A stretch of DNA of 10,912 nt from Armatimonadota bacterium. Its GTDB lineage: Bacteria > Sysuimicrobiota > Sysuimicrobiia > Sysuimicrobiales > Humicultoraceae. The notes below the pieces were generated by a model that saw only the letters and a list, made by a program, of their open reading frames with translations, ran no database searches and was not told where the DNA came from. Location of the stretch: the NCBI GenBank assembly GCA_052386995.1, contig JBQTJP010000322.1, positions 1-10,912 on the forward strand, given 5' to 3'. Positions 8,185 through 10,912 of the stretch are shown here, in pieces (position 1 is the stretch's first letter; each line of letters opens with the position of its first letter). Made by a program: the position numbers and the translations under genes.

Positions 8185-9057
8185 GTGGGCGCGCTGGAGA
8201 CCCTCATCGTTCTTGCCGTCGTCCTGGCCGCGCTTGGCCTGGGCGCGTTCGCCTGGTCGTACCGGCGGTTCGGCGCGACCCGCGCGCGGCTGATCGACTA
8301 CCTGCGCACGGCCGCGCCCGAGATGAGCGTCGTGGGTCTCACCGACGTGGGATTCAGCGCCCAGGTGCTGGGAATAGAAGTCGACGTCGATCTTGCGACC
8401 CTGGCGAGGAGACGCCCGGTTGGACTCGCCGAGACGCAGTGGTTCGAGGCCGTCATCGACGGCATTCGCGCACAGGTTCCGGCACCAAGTGTCGCGCCTT
8501 ACCCGCTCGTCGAGGATCGGCTCATGCCGCTGCTCAAGCCTGCCGCGTACGTTGCGCTTTTCGAACGATATCCGCCCGCGCTGCGGCCGGCCTGGCGCCC
8601 GCTCGCCCGCGACATCGCGGTGACGTATGCGATCGCGGCCGCGGACCGCCGCACGACCGTGACGTCGGCGATGCTGGACGCCTGGGCGATTGGAACCGAG
8701 GCGTTGCACGAGCGCGCTGTGGACAACCTGCGAAAGCAGACCGCGCATCTGCTGGCAGAGCTCGGCGGGCCCCGCGCCCGTTACGAGCACATCGATGGAT
8801 ACGATGCCACGCGGATACTCGTCGCGGACATGGTCATCTCGCCTGAGATGGCCGATCCGCTGATCGCGATACCCGAAGAAACGGTGCTGCTCACCGGTCC
8901 CGCATCAGAACAGGCCGCCCTGGCCGCCGAAGCCGCTGCGCGCTGCCGGGTGTCGGTCAGACCGCTCAGCGCACGCCTGTTCCGGTTCTCACCGGCAGGG
9001 CCCGTTCTGCTAGTTGAATCGCAGAGGGACGCAGGAGCATACCCGTCTCAGAGATAA
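8185..9057 (+). CDS. Membrane-anchored hypothetical protein with DUF1444/YtpQ-like domain
   Basis: N-terminal hydrophobic helix (LIVLAVVLAALGLGAFAW) followed by basic residues. C-terminal motifs RLMPLLK, DIAVTYAI, LHERAVDNLR, DGYDATRIL and LIAIPEETVLL resemble DUF1444. The start is uncertain (GTG 8185 or CTG 8194). Confidence 0.7.
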   Translation: MGALETLIVLAVVLAALGLGAFAWSYRRFGATRARLIDYLRTAAPEMSVVGLTDVGFSAQVLGIEVDVDLATLARRRPVGLAETQWFEAVIDGIRAQVPAPSVAPYPLVEDRLMPLLKPAAYVALFERYPPALRPAWRPLARDIAVTYAIAAADRRTTVTSAMLDAWAIGTEALHERAVDNLRKQTAHLLAELGGPRARYEHIDGYDATRILVADMVISPEMADPLIAIPEETVLLTGPASEQAALAAEAAARCRVSVRPLSARLFRFSPAGPVLLVESQRDAGAYPSQR

Positions 9058-9065
9058 GGCTCTGG

Positions 9066-9075
9066 TGACGCGTCA
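9066..9075. promoter_or_regulatory. Perfect 10-bp palindrome TGACGCGTCA, possible operator
   Basis: Located in the 49-bp gap between the two plus-strand genes, 17 nt upstream of the AAGGAGG SD. Confidence 0.25.
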
Positions 9076-9106
9076 GCGCTCCGAGAAGGCTCAAGGAGGA
9101 CCCGCG

Positions 9107-10198
9107 ATGGCTGGAGTGGGATCGGTACGCCTGGCTCGTTCTGAAACGGCGTCGCCCCGCACCGCAGCGGCCTTCGACTGGGTCGTGATCGTGCTGTCGG
9201 CGTGGCTCACGCTCGGCGCGCACCTCGACGCCTGGGCACACATCAACATTCCAGGACTGGAGACATTCTTCACGCCGTGGCACGCGGTGCTCTACTCGGG
9301 GTATCTGTCGCTGGCGGCGTTCCTGACAGGCTCGGCGATCCGCAACCGCGCTGCCGGGGTTCCATGGGGCCGCGTCCTGCCAGGCGGTTACCTGCTGTCG
9401 CTACTCGGCGTCGCAATCTTCGCCGCGAGCGGGTTGGGCGACATGGTCTGGCACCAGATCTTTGGGATCGAGGACAACCTCGATGCCTTGATGAGCCCGA
9501 CGCATCTGGGGCTCGCCGTGGGGGCAGGGCTCATCGTGTCAGGACCGCTGCGGGCCGCGCGGGTCCGGGGCGATACCGGGGGCGACCTGCTCGGCCGATT
9601 GCCCTATGTCCTGTCCCTGACGTTCCTGATCACGCTCCTGGCCTACATGACCCAATGGGCGCACCCGTTCGGTTTCGTCTGGGCGTACGAGCGCCTGCGC
9701 CCGGAAGACCCCCGCCTGGTGTTCCCCCGCCAGGCCATGACGGTGCTGAGCATTCTGTTGCAATCCGGCATCTTGATGGGCGTGCTCCTGCCGGAGGTTC
9801 GGCGACGCGCGCTTCCCGCAGGCAGCCTCACGGTCGTATTCGGGCTGAGCGGAGTCCTGATGACGCTTATGCGGGCGAAATTCCTGCCGACCGGCCCGTA
9901 TCTGCTGATCGGCGTGGCGGCGCTTGCCGGAATCGTTGGTGACCTGCTCTTGTGGCGGCTCCGCCCGTCGGAGGTCCGGCCCACCGCGTTTCGCGTGTTT
10001 GCGTTCGCCGTTCCTGCGATGCTCTCGGGCGTGTACTTCCTTGCCCTCGTGCTCGCAGGAGGGATCTGGTGGTCGGTGCATCTCGCCACGGGGACCGTCG
10101 CACTGGCGGGTATCGCCGGCTGGCTGCTCAGCTACCTGGTTCTACCACCAGAACCCTCTTCTACTGCGTCCACTCCCACATCTCCGAGTTCCAGTTGA
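9107..10198 (+). CDS. Polytopic membrane protein (363 aa, about 10 TM) with two PmoC/AmoC-like D-x3-H...P-x-H putative metal-binding motifs
   Basis: Strong SD AAGGAGG (9093-9099) 7 nt before ATG 9107. Many hydrophobic segments. Motifs DAWAHINIPGLETFFTPWH and DMVWHQIFGIEDNLDALMSPTH. The CDS is well supported; the function is inferred. Confidence 0.8.
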   Translation: MAGVGSVRLARSETASPRTAAAFDWVVIVLSAWLTLGAHLDAWAHINIPGLETFFTPWHAVLYSGYLSLAAFLTGSAIRNRAAGVPWGRVLPGGYLLSLLGVAIFAASGLGDMVWHQIFGIEDNLDALMSPTHLGLAVGAGLIVSGPLRAARVRGDTGGDLLGRLPYVLSLTFLITLLAYMTQWAHPFGFVWAYERLRPEDPRLVFPRQAMTVLSILLQSGILMGVLLPEVRRRALPAGSLTVVFGLSGVLMTLMRAKFLPTGPYLLIGVAALAGIVGDLLLWRLRPSEVRPTAFRVFAFAVPAMLSGVYFLALVLAGGIWWSVHLATGTVALAGIAGWLLSYLVLPPEPSSTASTPTSPSSS

Positions 10199-10912
10199 CC
10201 CATGGGCCCGGATTGAAGTTCTTGAGGCCCTTCTTCGACGTGGTCAGCGAGATGCGGAAGTAGAGGGGAATTGACGGCAGTTCTTCGGCCCAGATCTCCT
10301 GCTGGCGCCGCATCAGTTGCACGCGCTTCTCCGCACTCAGTTCTTCCACGATCTGGTCGATCAGCCGGTCGTTCTCCTGATGCCGCCACCCGTTGCTGTT
10401 GGCGCCCTCCCAGTTGTTGGCGGGGCTGGGGATCTGGCTGGAATGCCAGCCGATGGGGAGTGTCAGGGGGCTGTAGAACGTCGCAAACATGATCATGTGA
10501 GGATACTGCCGCCGGCGAATCACCTGCGCGACCAGGACACTCGCCGGACGGTTGTCGATCCTCAGATCGATGCCGACCGCGCGGAACTGGTCTTTGATGA
10601 TCTGCTGAATCTGCTCCCGCACGGCATTGCCGGCCGTGGTCATGATCGTCATCTCCACCCGCTTGCCCGAGGGATCGCGCAGGATACCGTCGGGCCCGGC
10701 GGTAAAGCCCGCTTCCTTCAGGAGGTCGCGCGCTCGCGCGGGATCGTACGCGTACTTCTTGACGTTCGGATTGTGGCCCTCATGGCGTTCGGGCACCCAG
10801 GTGTGCGCCACGGGCTGCTTGCCGTGGAAGAGCCTGACGCTGATCTCCTCGCGGTTGATGGCGTGGGCAAGGGCCGCCCGGACGCGTTTGTCCTTCAGCC
10901 ATTCGTTGTCCA
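10161..10912 (-). CDS. ABC transporter substrate-binding protein, family 5 (C-terminal part; 5' end beyond the right window edge)
   Basis: The frame stays open to the window end: DNEWLKDKRVRAALAHAINREEI...YAYDPARARDLLKEAGFTAGPDGILRD...RVQLMRRQQEIWAEELPSIPLYF...WNSEMWEWTQ*. Stop TAG at 10161-10163. Confidence 0.92.
   Translation of the reverse strand, partial: DNEWLKDKRVRAALAHAINREEISVRLFHGKQPVAHTWVPERHEGHNPNVKKYAYDPARARDLLKEAGFTAGPDGILRDPSGKRVEMTIMTTAGNAVREQIQQIIKDQFRAVGIDLRIDNRPASVLVAQVIRRRQYPHMIMFATFYSPLTLPIGWHSSQIPSPANNWEGANSNGWRHQENDRLIDQIVEELSAEKRVQLMRRQQEIWAEELPSIPLYFRISLTTSKKGLKNFNPGPWVNWNSEMWEWTQ
10168..10180. repeat. 13-bp direct repeat, copy 2 (GTCCACTCCCACA)
   Basis: Exact match to 8114-8126; covers the terminal M-W-E-W-T codons of the second SBP gene. 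Confidence 0.85.

Noticed and set aside
8095..8790. 231-aa minus-strand ORF ending in an ATGA overlap with the SBP
   Set aside because: Antisense to the DUF1444-like gene with no recognisable domain. Only its last codons (WEWTGGMRT) matter, as part of the direct-repeat finding.
9014..9106. Upstream TTG start extending the membrane protein to 394 aa
   Set aside because: ATG 9107 has a well-spaced AAGGAGG SD; the extension overlaps the previous gene.
9107..10198. Calling the gene pmoC/amoC (methanotrophy or nitrification)
   Set aside because: Similarity is limited to motif pattern and spacing, the protein has an extra C-terminal domain, and no pmoA/pmoB is present in the window.
6891..10698. 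Shared CCGTCGGGCCC near 6891 and 10688
   Set aside because: Encodes the homologous GPDG segment of two paralogous SBPs.
1..10912. CRISPR array, tRNA/rRNA, IS element, cobalamin riboswitch, intrinsic terminator
   Set aside because: No spaced repeats, transposase motifs or hairpin plus U-tract were seen, and the intergenic gaps (86 bp at most) are too short for a B12 riboswitch.

Overview
High-GC bacterial DNA, almost fully coding. The minus strand carries a tightly packed operon (gaps of 14 bp or less, or overlaps). In transcription order it holds a family-5 ABC substrate-binding protein (SBP), an acyl-CoA dehydrogenase, EtfB, EtfA, a membrane FadF/EtfD-type Fe-S/heme-b oxidoreductase, and a B12-dependent acyl-CoA mutase large subunit that runs off the left edge. 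The mutase has isobutyryl-CoA-mutase-type active-site residues, so the operon probably catabolises short or branched acyl-CoAs. A two-gene plus-strand unit (about 8185-10198) lies between this operon and the 3' end of a second family-5 SBP that runs off the right edge. It encodes a membrane-anchored DUF1444/YtpQ-like protein and a polytopic membrane protein. The membrane protein has two D-x3-H...P-x-H motifs 71 residues apart, resembling the CuC/CuD metal sites of PmoC/AmoC, yet no pmoA or pmoB is present in the window; this is the most interesting candidate system. The unit is flanked by an exact 13-bp direct repeat. Removing the sequence between the repeats would join the two SBP genes by an ATGA overlap. 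No RNA genes, CRISPR arrays or transposases were seen. All family calls rest on motif recognition by eye, with no database searches.
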